This document shows positions 34,852 to 44,310 of a stretch of 49,130 nucleotides of DNA, one piece after another. Below the pieces are notes generated by a model. That model did not search any database. It had not been told where the DNA came from and saw nothing but the letters and a program-made list of their open reading frames with translations. Source of the DNA: a virus. Lineage: Duplodnaviria; Caudoviricetes. Location of the stretch: the IMG/VR virus record IMGVR_UViG_3300047409_000236, positions 1 through 49,130 of that record, one strand, 5' to 3'. A program made the position numbers and the translations under genes. The number at the start of each line of letters is the position of its first letter. Position 1 is the stretch's first letter.

Positions 34852-37320
34852 CTACTGCAGCAATTGCCCACCGGGCGGTGGAGCCGGCTGGCGTTGGTCG
34901 GCCGGCTTCGGCGTCGGCGCGGCCGGGTTGGGGCTCGGCGGCGCCGGATTGTTGTTGGCCCCTTGTGGTCCCTGCGCGTTGGGATCGGCCTGCCCCGGCA
35001 TCCCCGGTATCTTGCCGGCGTTCATCGAGGTGACGCTGGGAAGCCCGTCGGCGACGGCTTCATCGACGTCGACATTGTCGTCGAGGCGCTGGATCGCCTG
35101 TTTTGCCAAGAAAGTGGGCTTGATGCCGGGCAATTGCATGAGGATCGGCGCAAGTCTTTCAAACTTCTGGATTTCCTGCGCCTGATTGGGCCGCCCGGAG
35201 CTGCCGGCGACGATTTCGAGATAGATGTCCTTGGACACCTCGGCCTTGGTCAGGGTCGGCCACGTCGCGCCGGGGCCGACGATGGACTTGACGACCTGCT
35301 CGGAGACATTGAGCAGGAGTATCTGCCCGCCGGCCCTCGCCAGCGCGGTGAGGGTTTCATCGATGTCGTCGATGGCGGACCCGGTGGCCGACGCCTTCGC
35401 CGAGGCTGCGATGTTGCTTTCGGTCGCCGTGTCTCCGGAGGTGCCGCCGAGGTCGGCCTCTTGGTCGCCGATGGTCCTCAGCATGTCCTGAAAGACCGGG
35501 TTCACCTCGTAGAGGTTGGGATCGACCGGCACACCCTTGAAGCCCTGCACGACAGTGTTGATGTCGACACCCGGCTGCAGCCCGGCGACCGCGATCAGCG
35601 CGTTGACCGGGTGGTTCCTGAAGGCGTCGATGTCGTCTTCCGACAGGACGCCCTCCGCGTAGACGGTTTTCGGCCGGTTGGCGACGCGGTGCTCGCGAAG
35701 ACCTTGCCTCGCCCTGTTCAGCTCGCGCTGCATGGGCCGGATCAGGGCGACGTCGCTGGGCGGGAAGACGAAGCCGTCCGTCTCGTTGAACATGACGGCG
35801 TACCACGGCCAGAAGCGATCGGTGTAGACGTCCGGCGCCGCCGGCTCACGCAGGAAGTCCGGCCAGCCGTCGCAGATGACATAGACCAGCCCGTCCTTCC
35901 GGTTGAACAGCTCCCACACCAAGCACTGATCGACATCACCTGAGGAGACACGGGTGCCGTCGTCGCTGCCGCTGGAGCCCTGCCACTGGGCGCGCGCCCT
36001 TTCATAGTCTGTCCCGGTGTCGATGCTCTCGTAGGAATTGTGCGCCTTGGAGACATCGACGCCGTAAATCTCCTGAATGTCGTTGACGGTCAGCAGGAAC
36101 TCCTCGGCGACCCACTCGCAACCGAGGAACTCCCTGAGCTGAATGCAACGCGGATCGGGGATGATCGCGGTCGACTTCGGCCACGAGAACACCAGACCCT
36201 CGCGCACGACGACGTCCTGCTCGGTCGACAATTCCTGCAGCGCCAGCCGCATCTGTTCTGCTTCGGGACTGTCGATATCGGTCTCGTCGTCGGCCAGATC
36301 GGCGGAGACACGCTCGATCATCGCCAGCTGCGTCCGGATATCGGCAATCCTGCTGTCCAGATCGGGGGACTTGCCCATGACGCGCTGGAAGCCCTGCCTG
36401 ACCCAGCCGACGCCGGCCGTCGAGGCGCGCCGCACCGTCATCTTCATCATCGACTTGAACGACTGCTGCTGCTCGGAGACCTCGTAGTCGTAGAGCAGCT
36501 CCAGCGTGCGCGCGACCTTGTTCAGGACAGTGAGCTGCGCCTTGACGCTCTCGGCATCCGCCATCACCGCCATGGCATTCTGGACTTCTTCCGGTGGCGG
36601 CATCATCGGCGGCGGCGCGCCCGGCATTCCGGGGCCGGCGGGAGGCCCCATCGGGCCGGCGTCAGGCCCCGGCGCGCCCGGAGACATGCCGGCCGGCTGC
36701 GGCGCGCCGTTGGGTCCGGCGGGGCCGGCGGTCGGCGACGGCGGCGTCATCCCGGCGATGCCGGGGTTTCCGGACAACTGGGCAGCCATGCCCAGCATCG
36801 CCTGCTGGCCCTGCTGCACGGTCTGCTGGGCCTGCGCGAGGCTCTCCATGGTGCCGTCCCACACGGTCGACAGGATACGGGGCCGCCTGCGGCAGCTCGC
36901 CTTGGGATTTTTCGCGTAGGTCGAGGCGACGCGCTTCTGGATGTGCTGGAGCGTGATGTTGGCGACGTAGAGATCGTCGTCGACGACGTCGTTGTAGATC
37001 GAGATTTTCGGGTCCTCGTTCCACTGCAGGCCGGCGGCGAACTTCTGGTCCGCGACCATCCGCCTGAACGGCTTGTCCCAGAAGCTCTTGGCCTGCTTGA
37101 CCATGTCGGTCATGGCATTGACGAGGTTCTTGCGGCGCTCGCTCGGCTCGGGTTTGTCACGCGAGACCATCGGCTGGCCGGGCGGCGTCAGCGGCGGCGC
37201 CAGCGGGTCTTCGGGCGGCGGTCCGAGGCCGGCAGGGTCAAGGGGGTCGGGCGGTGCGAGAGGGCCAAGGCCGGCGGGATTGAGAGGCGGTCCGAGAGGA
37301 CCGACAGGCGGGAGGGCCAT
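34852..37320 (-). CDS. Portal protein
   Basis: 822 aa directly after terL; FAAGLQW, TATES, IVAGSS; Pro-rich termini. Confidence 0.82.
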   Translation of the reverse strand: MALPPVGPLGPPLNPAGLGPLAPPDPLDPAGLGPPPEDPLAPPLTPPGQPMVSRDKPEPSERRKNLVNAMTDMVKQAKSFWDKPFRRMVADQKFAAGLQWNEDPKISIYNDVVDDDLYVANITLQHIQKRVASTYAKNPKASCRRRPRILSTVWDGTMESLAQAQQTVQQGQQAMLGMAAQLSGNPGIAGMTPPSPTAGPAGPNGAPQPAGMSPGAPGPDAGPMGPPAGPGMPGAPPPMMPPPEEVQNAMAVMADAESVKAQLTVLNKVARTLELLYDYEVSEQQQSFKSMMKMTVRRASTAGVGWVRQGFQRVMGKSPDLDSRIADIRTQLAMIERVSADLADDETDIDSPEAEQMRLALQELSTEQDVVVREGLVFSWPKSTAIIPDPRCIQLREFLGCEWVAEEFLLTVNDIQEIYGVDVSKAHNSYESIDTGTDYERARAQWQGSSGSDDGTRVSSGDVDQCLVWELFNRKDGLVYVICDGWPDFLREPAAPDVYTDRFWPWYAVMFNETDGFVFPPSDVALIRPMQRELNRARQGLREHRVANRPKTVYAEGVLSEDDIDAFRNHPVNALIAVAGLQPGVDINTVVQGFKGVPVDPNLYEVNPVFQDMLRTIGDQEADLGGTSGDTATESNIAASAKASATGSAIDDIDETLTALARAGGQILLLNVSEQVVKSIVGPGATWPTLTKAEVSKDIYLEIVAGSSGRPNQAQEIQKFERLAPILMQLPGIKPTFLAKQAIQRLDDNVDVDEAVADGLPSVTSMNAGKIPGMPGQADPNAQGPQGANNNPAPPSPNPAAPTPKPADQRQPAPPPGGQLLQ

Positions 37321-37324
37321 CAGA

Positions 37325-38893
37325 TCACCAACCCTGTTTAGACGCGGAGCGGCGCTCCTTGCGCTCACGCTCCTGCGAGGCCTTGATCCACCCCAGCGTT
37401 CCCGTGGCCGGCGGGGGTGTCTCCTTGCGCCTGACCTTGGGCGGAGCGTGCATGACCAGACCTACGCCGACCCATGCCAAGGCGTCAACGAAGTCGTCGT
37501 GGGTGCCGAACGGGAACTGCAGGATTTCCTGCCGCGCCTCCATCCACCACGTCGCATAGGACGGGAAATACACCATGCCCATGGCCATGCGCGCCTTGAT
37601 CGACTGGGCGCGCGCCTGCTTGTCGTGGACCGGCGTCACCTCGAACACCGAGGAGAAGGTGTTCCGCTCCAGCATCCGCTTGCGCAGGAAAGGGCCGATC
37701 GAGCCGGTGATATGGCCCCTTTCGGCCCACCACATCAGCGGCTTGTACTTGACCATCAGGTCGATCATGCGCTCGACCACGACGTTGGAGGCATAACGGC
37801 CCCACATCGGGTCATCCATGACCCAGATGTTCTGGTCCTCGTCGATGCCGATGACGAGGAGACACGTCCTGTCTCTGTCCTGCTTGGTGGAGACGGCATG
37901 GTCGCTGGCTGCGTAAAAACGAAGTTTTTCGTTGGGCGGGCGCTCGCTGCGGGAATAGGTGCGGATGCCGTCGGCGAGGAAAAAATTCCCTTTCTCGGGG
38001 GTCGGGCTGCCTTGGTAGAGCGCCTGAAAGCCGCGCGGGTCGGCCTCGCGAAGCCCTTCGAGATAGGGCACCGGGAACTTCGCCGGCCATAAGGCTTCCC
38101 CGTACTTGCGGCCGAGCGGGTCCTTGTCCTTGGCCAGCGCGGGAAGATCGATGATCTTCCAGCGCTTGCCCTCGACGGGCGAGTAATCCGGATTGGTCGG
38201 ATCGGTGAGCCTGCCGACGAGGTCGTCCTCGTGCCAGCGCGTCTGGATGATGACGATCCAGCCGACGGCGTCGTTGAGGCGCGTCTTCGCCACCTGATTG
38301 TACCATTCCCAGAGCTTCTTCCGGGTGACGACGCTGTCGGCCTCGACCCGGTCCTTGATCGGGTCGTCGATAAGAAGCCCGATGGCGCCACGCCCGGAGA
38401 TCGCGGAGCCCCTTCCGACGAAGAACAGTTTTCCACCCTTGACGCCCTCGATGCGGTCGACCGACGCGGATAAGAGTTCCCGGTGCGGAAAGACCTGCGC
38501 GTAGAGCGGGTCCTCGATCAGCTCGCGCACCTCGCGGCCGAAATCCCAAGAAAGCTTGTCTGCATAAGTGGCGAGGATGATGGACTGCTCCGGGTGTCTC
38601 CCGTGGAACCACGCCGGGAACAGCCGGCTGGAAAGCTCGGATTTGCCGTGTCTCGGAGGGACGTTGATGATCAGCCGGGGGATGAGCCCAAGCTCGACCT
38701 GCTCAAGCGCTGCAGCAATCGCCCGGTGATGCTTCTGGACGCTGTACTGCGAGAAAGAGACGTCGTCCGCCCGTCGCGGGTCGGGGCGCATGAAGCGGGC
38801 GAAATCGAGGAGGTCGAGGCTGCTCTCAAGCGCCGCCTTGCGGCGCTTGAGAGCCAGCAGGTAGCGCTCCTCCTGCGGAGTGAGCGCGGTCAT
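37325..38893 (-). CDS. terL: Terminase large subunit
   Basis: INVPPRHGKS, LLIDDPIK, IQTRWHEDD, ALYQG.P, FPFGTHDDFVDA. Confidence 0.95.
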   Translation of the reverse strand: MTALTPQEERYLLALKRRKAALESSLDLLDFARFMRPDPRRADDVSFSQYSVQKHHRAIAAALEQVELGLIPRLIINVPPRHGKSELSSRLFPAWFHGRHPEQSIILATYADKLSWDFGREVRELIEDPLYAQVFPHRELLSASVDRIEGVKGGKLFFVGRGSAISGRGAIGLLIDDPIKDRVEADSVVTRKKLWEWYNQVAKTRLNDAVGWIVIIQTRWHEDDLVGRLTDPTNPDYSPVEGKRWKIIDLPALAKDKDPLGRKYGEALWPAKFPVPYLEGLREADPRGFQALYQGSPTPEKGNFFLADGIRTYSRSERPPNEKLRFYAASDHAVSTKQDRDRTCLLVIGIDEDQNIWVMDDPMWGRYASNVVVERMIDLMVKYKPLMWWAERGHITGSIGPFLRKRMLERNTFSSVFEVTPVHDKQARAQSIKARMAMGMVYFPSYATWWMEARQEILQFPFGTHDDFVDALAWVGVGLVMHAPPKVRRKETPPPATGTLGWIKASQERERKERRSASKQGW

Positions 38894-39141
38894 GCGGCGG
38901 TCGGCGTGTCTCCGTCGGTCTCCTCGGGCTCGTTGGCCGGGCCGGGCTCTGTCCAGCCGTCGTCGGCCTCGACGAGAGCGGCCTGCTCGACAAGGGCCTC
39001 GTGGATTTTGGCCCTCGGCGCCCGGTGGCGGTACATGGCGATGAGTTCGCTGACGGCCAGTTCGAAGTCCTTCACGGGTCTCTCCTCCTCGACCCTCACC
39101 GAAGAGGATCGCAGTTCCCCGTAGGTCATGCCGCTCATCAC
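38890..39141 (-). CDS. Hypothetical protein
   Basis: Coupled to terL. Confidence 0.6.
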   Translation of the reverse strand: MMSGMTYGELRSSSVRVEEERPVKDFELAVSELIAMYRHRAPRAKIHEALVEQAALVEADDGWTEPGPANEPEETDGDTPTAA

Positions 39142-39143
39142 GT

Positions 39144-39794
39144 CTAGCGCCTCTTCTTCGGGTCGTCCTTGTGCTCGGCGCGGGCCAGCGGCGTCCCGCC
39201 TGCGGTGCCGTACTCGGCAGCCGCTTTCTCGGCGCCGCGCTTGGCGGCGACCGCGTCGCGGTCGGACGGCGGCACGTCGGCGTCGTCGATCTCCTCCACG
39301 CTCAGGCCGGACTTGGCCGCAAGGCGATCGGCGATGTTGCCCCGGCTGTCCGGCTCCGGCGCTGTCTCCTCGTCGGCGCGCGTGGCTCCGGGCGGCGACG
39401 GGCGCACGCCCAGCGGATTGGCGCGCGGATCGTCGAGGTCGTCGGGGTCGTAGTCGAGCGTCGACGGGTCCCTGACCCAGTCGCCGCTGCGGAACACGAG
39501 TTCGGCCTGCGCGCGCAGCACGTTGACGACGCTGTCCTTGCTGGCCCGCCCGCGCCAGCCTTCGATGACGCCTTCAATGGCCTCGCGGATTTCATCCTCG
39601 GTGACGTCCGGCACGCTCTTGGCCCGGTGCTGGTTCCTGCCTTCCGGTCCCTTGCTCTGGTCGTAGCCGCCGGTCTGCTGGCGGTTGTAGGCCTCGGCGT
39701 CGGCTGCGGCCTGCGCCTCGGCGGGGGTCATCGTCTTGTTGGCCGGCTTGCCGCCAGCCCTCTGGTCGGGGGTCTTGGTAGGCTCTTTGGTCAT
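39144..39794 (-). CDS. Hypothetical hydrophilic protein
   Basis: MTKEPTKTPDQ...; RBS AAGGAG. Confidence 0.65.
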   Translation of the reverse strand: MTKEPTKTPDQRAGGKPANKTMTPAEAQAAADAEAYNRQQTGGYDQSKGPEGRNQHRAKSVPDVTEDEIREAIEGVIEGWRGRASKDSVVNVLRAQAELVFRSGDWVRDPSTLDYDPDDLDDPRANPLGVRPSPPGATRADEETAPEPDSRGNIADRLAAKSGLSVEEIDDADVPPSDRDAVAAKRGAEKAAAEYGTAGGTPLARAEHKDDPKKRR

Positions 39795-39811
39795 GGACGC
39801 TGCTCCTTTGA

Positions 39812-40477
39812 TCAGGGTTCGACCACCAGTCCGTTGACGACAACGCGCTGCCCGGCCGGAACAGTCAACACAATCTCGCCGGACGGCGAGACCGGCGCGC
39901 CTGTCTCCGCCTCCAGCAGCGCCCACAGGAACTGCTCGTGGTAGGCGGCGATCTCGGTGTCCTTGTCGTTGCCGTTGATAATTTGTCTGGCGTTTACCGG
40001 GTCGTCCTTAGGGTCTTCGGGGTCGTCGTTGAAATACTGGCCGAGCTTCCTGCCCGTGAACCATCCCTCGGCCATTCCCCGGAACATGACCCTTGCGCCG
40101 ATGAGGCTGTCGAGCGCCAGTTCAGGGTGTTCAACCAGATCGCGATCGTCGATGAGGCCGAGGGCCGCGCTCGCATTGCGGTAGTTCTCCTCGTGGGTCA
40201 GCTGGACGTAGCCGCGACCGATGTAGGGCCAATAAGACTTGCCCTGCAGATACGCGTCCGATCCCTGTTCGGTGATCGGCCACATACGATAGCCGGTCTC
40301 CCAATAGGTCGTTGCCAGCATATAGGCGAGCCAGCGCGCGTCGCTCATCGGGGTGCCGGTCTGGTCGCCTTCCCACAGCGCGAGAATGACGTTCTGCCCA
40401 TCAACTTGTTGTTGACTGAGCGCGCCCTCGAACAGCACGTCGCGGACATACGAGAAGTATTTGTCGCGGTCGATCAT
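39812..40477 (-). CDS. Glycoside hydrolase family 19 endolysin
   Basis: LAYMLATTYWETG, YIGRGYVQLTHEENY, ARQIING. Confidence 0.88.
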   Translation of the reverse strand: MIDRDKYFSYVRDVLFEGALSQQQVDGQNVILALWEGDQTGTPMSDARWLAYMLATTYWETGYRMWPITEQGSDAYLQGKSYWPYIGRGYVQLTHEENYRNASAALGLIDDRDLVEHPELALDSLIGARVMFRGMAEGWFTGRKLGQYFNDDPEDPKDDPVNARQIINGNDKDTEIAAYHEQFLWALLEAETGAPVSPSGEIVLTVPAGQRVVVNGLVVEP

Positions 40478-40779
40478 CAGTCGCCCTCCTGACCGAAGAC
40501 GGCTTCGCCGCGCCGTTCGAGCGCCGCCTCCAGATCGGCAATGCGCGCCTCGGCCTGTTGTGTGCGATCTTCTGACGTATGGAGGGCTGTCTTGCAGATG
40601 GAATAGGCCCGCTGCGCCTCGGCGATGCGCGCCTCGGCCTTCTCTGCGCGCTTGCATGTGTCGATCACCTGCCACTTGTACTTGTCGGCCAATTCCTCGG
40701 CACGCTCGGCACGTTTGCGCTGCTCGTCGCAATCGGCGCAGCGCTCTGGCGGACGTTCAACGGCGTGCGTGTCGATCAT
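40477..40779 (-). CDS. Small coiled-coil protein
   Basis: Repeated AEARIA heptads; CxxC motif. Confidence 0.55.
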   Translation of the reverse strand: MIDTHAVERPPERCADCDEQRKRAERAEELADKYKWQVIDTCKRAEKAEARIAEAQRAYSICKTALHTSEDRTQQAEARIADLEAALERRGEAVFGQEGD

Positions 40780-40792
40780 GTCAGGTCTCTTA

Positions 40793-40972
40793 TCATATCC
40801 GGCCGAGCAGCAGCAGGATCAGCAGCACGACGAGGACGACGCCGATGATGCCGCCGCCGCCCCAGCCATAGCCGTAGTACGGACCCCTTCCGCCCCACGA
40901 GCCGAGGCCGCCGACGACAAGCAGCACGACGAGCACGACGAGGATCACGTAGATGAGGGTCGATGCCGGCAT
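40793..40972 (-). CDS. DUF3309-like two-TM small membrane protein (not in ORF track)
   Basis: MPASTLIYVILVVLVVLLVVGGLGSWGGRGPYYGYGWGGGGIIGVVLVVLLILLLLGRI; RBS AGGAGG. Confidence 0.75.
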   Translation of the reverse strand: MPASTLIYVILVVLVVLLVVGGLGSWGGRGPYYGYGWGGGGIIGVVLVVLLILLLLGRI

Positions 40973-40982
40973 GGCCAGCCTC

Positions 40983-41333
40983 CTATTGCGATTTGCCTTT
41001 TGGCAGCGGTATGTCGGGCGGCGGCAGGGGCGAAGGCGGCGGTTCCCTTGCCGCCTCGTAGGCCTTGGCGACCATCGCCATCAGCGTGTCGAACTCCCGA
41101 TCGTGCGTGTGCAGGACCTGCGTGATCTGGGCCTGTTGCACGTTCAAAAGGTTCTCCAGATGCTGCTGCTGGCCGACGATCAGCACGTTCAAAAAGTAGA
41201 CCGCAGCGCCGATACCGACCAGATTAAGCAAGAGGACACCGAGCGCGACCGGCGTCAGCCGATTGGTGATGGCCTCGACACCATGGCCGACCAGCTGCGT
41301 TGCCGTCATCGGCAGCTGCGTATCATGCACCAT
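40983..41333 (-). CDS. Single-TM protein, holin candidate
   Basis: VALGVLLLNLVGIGAAVYFL plus coiled coil; upstream of the endolysin. Confidence 0.45.
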   Translation of the reverse strand: MVHDTQLPMTATQLVGHGVEAITNRLTPVALGVLLLNLVGIGAAVYFLNVLIVGQQQHLENLLNVQQAQITQVLHTHDREFDTLMAMVAKAYEAAREPPPSPLPPPDIPLPKGKSQ

Positions 41334-41523
41334 CTGCCGGTTCTTTGATCGCCTTCAGGCCGTGCTTCTCAAGGAACTGCGGCCAAGGCGGAACATCACT
41401 GTCGGCGGCCTGCACCCACCAGATCGAGCCGTCGTCGCCGGTCGCCTTGATGACGCGGCTGCCGTCAAGTTCGTCGACCACCCATTCCGCGCTGACAAAT
41501 TCCATCACATCCTCGCGTTGCAA
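41323..41523 (-). CDS. Small tail-fibre-associated protein
   Basis: Follows a fibre gene; acidic, about 60 aa. Confidence 0.45.
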   Translation of the reverse strand: MQREDVMEFVSAEWVVDELDGSRVIKATGDDGSIWWVQAADSDVPPWPQFLEKHGLKAIKEPADGA

Positions 41524-42626
41524 GTGATGGTCGAAGAGAAATTACCCGCCGCGCTCGCGTTCGCCACACGACCCTCGCGCACGATGTTCGGAGCATACCC
41601 CTGAACCAGAGTTCCGACCGCTGCCGGGAAGCTAGTGCCGCTCAGGTTAGCGCCACTCAACGTGGCGGATTGAGTGCGCGGCACGACCGGCAGGTAGCCG
41701 AGCACATAATACGCCACAGCGTTAGTGACGGTAGCGTTGTAGAAAACACCTGTCTGCTGCCAGTAGCGCTGGCACGCGATCAACTCAGCCGCCTCGTCGG
41801 GCATCTGCCACGGCGGCGGCAGGCCGGTGTTGTTGCGGTCGAGATAGAGGCCGACATCGAACAATTCGAAGACATTGCCGGCGGTCGCCATGCCGTTGCT
41901 GTTGGACGGCGTGCCGAAGGACAAGCCGGCCTGCCAGCCTGCTACGCCTTGGTAGGTGGAGCCGGTCGCCAGCACGATGTTCAGATAGATGCCGACGCCA
42001 GTATCGGTCAGCCATGCCCCGGTCGTGTCGCCGGGAATGACGAGCGTCTGTGTCGTGTCGGTGTTGGCCTGCCCGGCAGCGATGGTGAAGTTGGCGAGAT
42101 AGGTGCGGTTGAGCGCGGAATTGAACAGGCTGGCCGAATAGGTGCCGGCCGGTCCCTTGAAGCCGAAGCGCAGGATGACCTGCTTTGCACCTGCAGCGCC
42201 CCAGCCGAAATCGGCGACGCGAATGCCCTCCAGCGGTTGCCGGAAGACCAGATAATCGCCGGCTGCCAACGCTGCCTTGGCTACCGCCACAACGATCCGA
42301 GAGCGGTTCAGCGAGCCGTTTGGCGTCGCGCCCTGCACGCGCTGCGCGTTCACCGTGCCGGGGGAAACTGCGGAAAGCGAACGCCACTGATCCGCCGAGT
42401 GGAAGTCCAACGAAGACATGGACGCCGACCCGGTGTTGCCGTTCTCCTGACTGATCTGCATCGCAGGATTGACGATGCGGTTGCGGCTCTCGGCAGTCAG
42501 CGGAACCGGCGGGCTGGTGCTGCCGGTGACCTGTATCCACTTCGCGCCGTCCCACTGCCACGACGGGCCGCCGGCAGGCGAGTAGATCGCGCCGACAGTC
42601 GGGGAGGCGGGGAAGTCAAACGCCAT
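41505..42626 (-). CDS. Tail fibre / receptor-binding protein
   Basis: MAFDFPASPTVG..WQWDGAKW anchor, RNRIVNPAMQISQ, ELIACQRYWQ. Confidence 0.75.
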   Translation of the reverse strand: MAFDFPASPTVGAIYSPAGGPSWQWDGAKWIQVTGSTSPPVPLTAESRNRIVNPAMQISQENGNTGSASMSSLDFHSADQWRSLSAVSPGTVNAQRVQGATPNGSLNRSRIVVAVAKAALAAGDYLVFRQPLEGIRVADFGWGAAGAKQVILRFGFKGPAGTYSASLFNSALNRTYLANFTIAAGQANTDTTQTLVIPGDTTGAWLTDTGVGIYLNIVLATGSTYQGVAGWQAGLSFGTPSNSNGMATAGNVFELFDVGLYLDRNNTGLPPPWQMPDEAAELIACQRYWQQTGVFYNATVTNAVAYYVLGYLPVVPRTQSATLSGANLSGTSFPAAVGTLVQGYAPNIVREGRVANASAAGNFSSTITCNARM

Positions 42627-42819
42627 GGAACACCTTCCCGTCGTAGCGGTAACCGACCACCGCCTGACCCGTTTCCCCGGTGATCTCGACGTTGAGCCAC
42701 GTCACGATGTCAGGCACCGTCCAGACGATGTTCCACATCTCCTCGGCCTCGGCGATCTCGACGACCGTGTTGTCGTCGGGCTGGTCGGGATTGCTGAGAA
42801 CGCGCGCCCACTCGCTCAT
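42616..42819 (-). CDS. Putative tail fibre assembly chaperone
   Basis: MSEWARV..VVEI..VGYRYDGKVF; follows a fibre gene. Confidence 0.55.
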   Translation of the reverse strand: MSEWARVLSNPDQPDDNTVVEIAEAEEMWNIVWTVPDIVTWLNVEITGETGQAVVGYRYDGKVFHGV

Positions 42820-44264
42820 CCGAAGATGGTTACCTCCGTCCATGCGTTCAGCCACGTCCCGGTGCCGGCAGCCACCCATCCGAGCGGCGATATGTAGTGG
42901 CCGCCCTCGGGAAAAGCGTCGGAGCCGCCGAGCCATTGCGGCATCTGCAATGCGCTGCCGCTGGCGGTGAAACGCGCCGCTCGATAGTTGGGCATTATCC
43001 CGACTGCATTGGAGCGACCGAAGTTCGCGTAGCAATCACCGGCGGCAGACTGGTACGGGGACGACGAGCAAGCATACTGCGTATAACGCCCTCCGATCTG
43101 GGCAAAGAACACCCGCAACGTCGAACTCAACTCAATCGGGGTCGTTGAGGTGGTAGTCGGACCGACAGCCGCCGTGCGGAAGCTCTTCGGCTTCGGGTTG
43201 AACCAGCTGGCCGTCGTCACGACGTTCGTCGTCGGCCACGCCCCGGCGTTCAGCACGTTGACCATGCCGACAAAAGTGCGCGTCGGGTCGCCCGACTTGA
43301 CGTACCAGCCGCTGGCGTCGACGACGTAGGCGGTCGCCGAGAACTCCAGCGTCATCGTCGCGCCCGCCATGTAGGCGTAGATGTACACTGCACCGGTTGG
43401 CAGTCCTGTCGGCGCAAGCGTGACGCCCCCGGCAGGGATCGGCTGGTTGACGCCGTTGATCCACAGCAGGTTGCCCTGATACGGCAGCAGCGTCAGGTTG
43501 GTGTACATGTCGAGGTAGCACTGGCCGAGACGCACCCCGCCGGCTGACGCCGAGTTGATCTGCACCCACTGCTGCGTGTTGCCGTCGTCGTACCAGATGT
43601 ACAGATTGCCGGTGCTCGACTGCCACCACAGCTGGCCCGGCTGCGGCGACGACGGCGCATTGTCGGAGATCGTCGTGCCGGGGGGCACCGACACCGGGCT
43701 CCAGACAAGGTTCTTCCTGACGTACTGGGTGCCGTCGTTGGGCGCGTCGGGGCTGATGTAGCCCTGCGCCTTGACGAACGCCGTCGTGGCGATCGACTGG
43801 TCGTTGTCGGTCGTGGCCGGCGTCTGCGCGCGGGCGTCGCCGGTGAACGTCGGGCTGTTGATCGGCGCCAGCCCCGCGACCACCGAATTGAACCCGGCCT
43901 GCGAGACGAAATAGGTGCTGTCGTTGCCGTCGAGGAGGTCGGCGTCGAGGCCCGAACCGGCGCCGTCGTTGGCGAAGGTCAGCACCGCGTCCCAGCTGGC
44001 CGGGGCGAAGGCTCCGGCGGAGACAGGGACACGAGCCCGGTAAAGCTGGCCGCCCTGCACGACGAAGTCGCCGGCGACGTAGTCGGCAGCGGTGGAGAAG
44101 AACCTGACGCCGACGAGGTCGACAGGATTTTTCGCGGCGTCGATGACACCGAGCTGCCGGTCGGGGAACGAGGTGTAGAGTTCGCCTGCCTCGCGCGCCC
44201 CGGCGACCGGGCGCTGGCCCTTCACCGAGGACCGCAGGACCTGCATACGATTGGGTGCCGGCAT
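42816..44264 (-). CDS. Tail fibre protein
   Basis: GSGLDADLLDG, APINSPTFTG..IATTAFV, foldon-like DAPNDG motif, GQLWW..LYIWY. Confidence 0.82.
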   Translation of the reverse strand: MPAPNRMQVLRSSVKGQRPVAGAREAGELYTSFPDRQLGVIDAAKNPVDLVGVRFFSTAADYVAGDFVVQGGQLYRARVPVSAGAFAPASWDAVLTFANDGAGSGLDADLLDGNDSTYFVSQAGFNSVVAGLAPINSPTFTGDARAQTPATTDNDQSIATTAFVKAQGYISPDAPNDGTQYVRKNLVWSPVSVPPGTTISDNAPSSPQPGQLWWQSSTGNLYIWYDDGNTQQWVQINSASAGGVRLGQCYLDMYTNLTLLPYQGNLLWINGVNQPIPAGGVTLAPTGLPTGAVYIYAYMAGATMTLEFSATAYVVDASGWYVKSGDPTRTFVGMVNVLNAGAWPTTNVVTTASWFNPKPKSFRTAAVGPTTTSTTPIELSSTLRVFFAQIGGRYTQYACSSSPYQSAAGDCYANFGRSNAVGIMPNYRAARFTASGSALQMPQWLGGSDAFPEGGHYISPLGWVAAGTGTWLNAWTEVTIFG

Positions 44265-44310
44265 CTGCCGTCTCGTCTCCTCTATCTAGAGGCCATGGAA
44301 CCAGTACGCG

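Noticed and set aside
20649-36056. Long plus-strand ORFs over the structural arm (e.g. 29224-31599, 23855-25486)
   Set aside because: They are antisense shadows caused by high GC3; the minus strand carries the recognisable, tightly packed genes.
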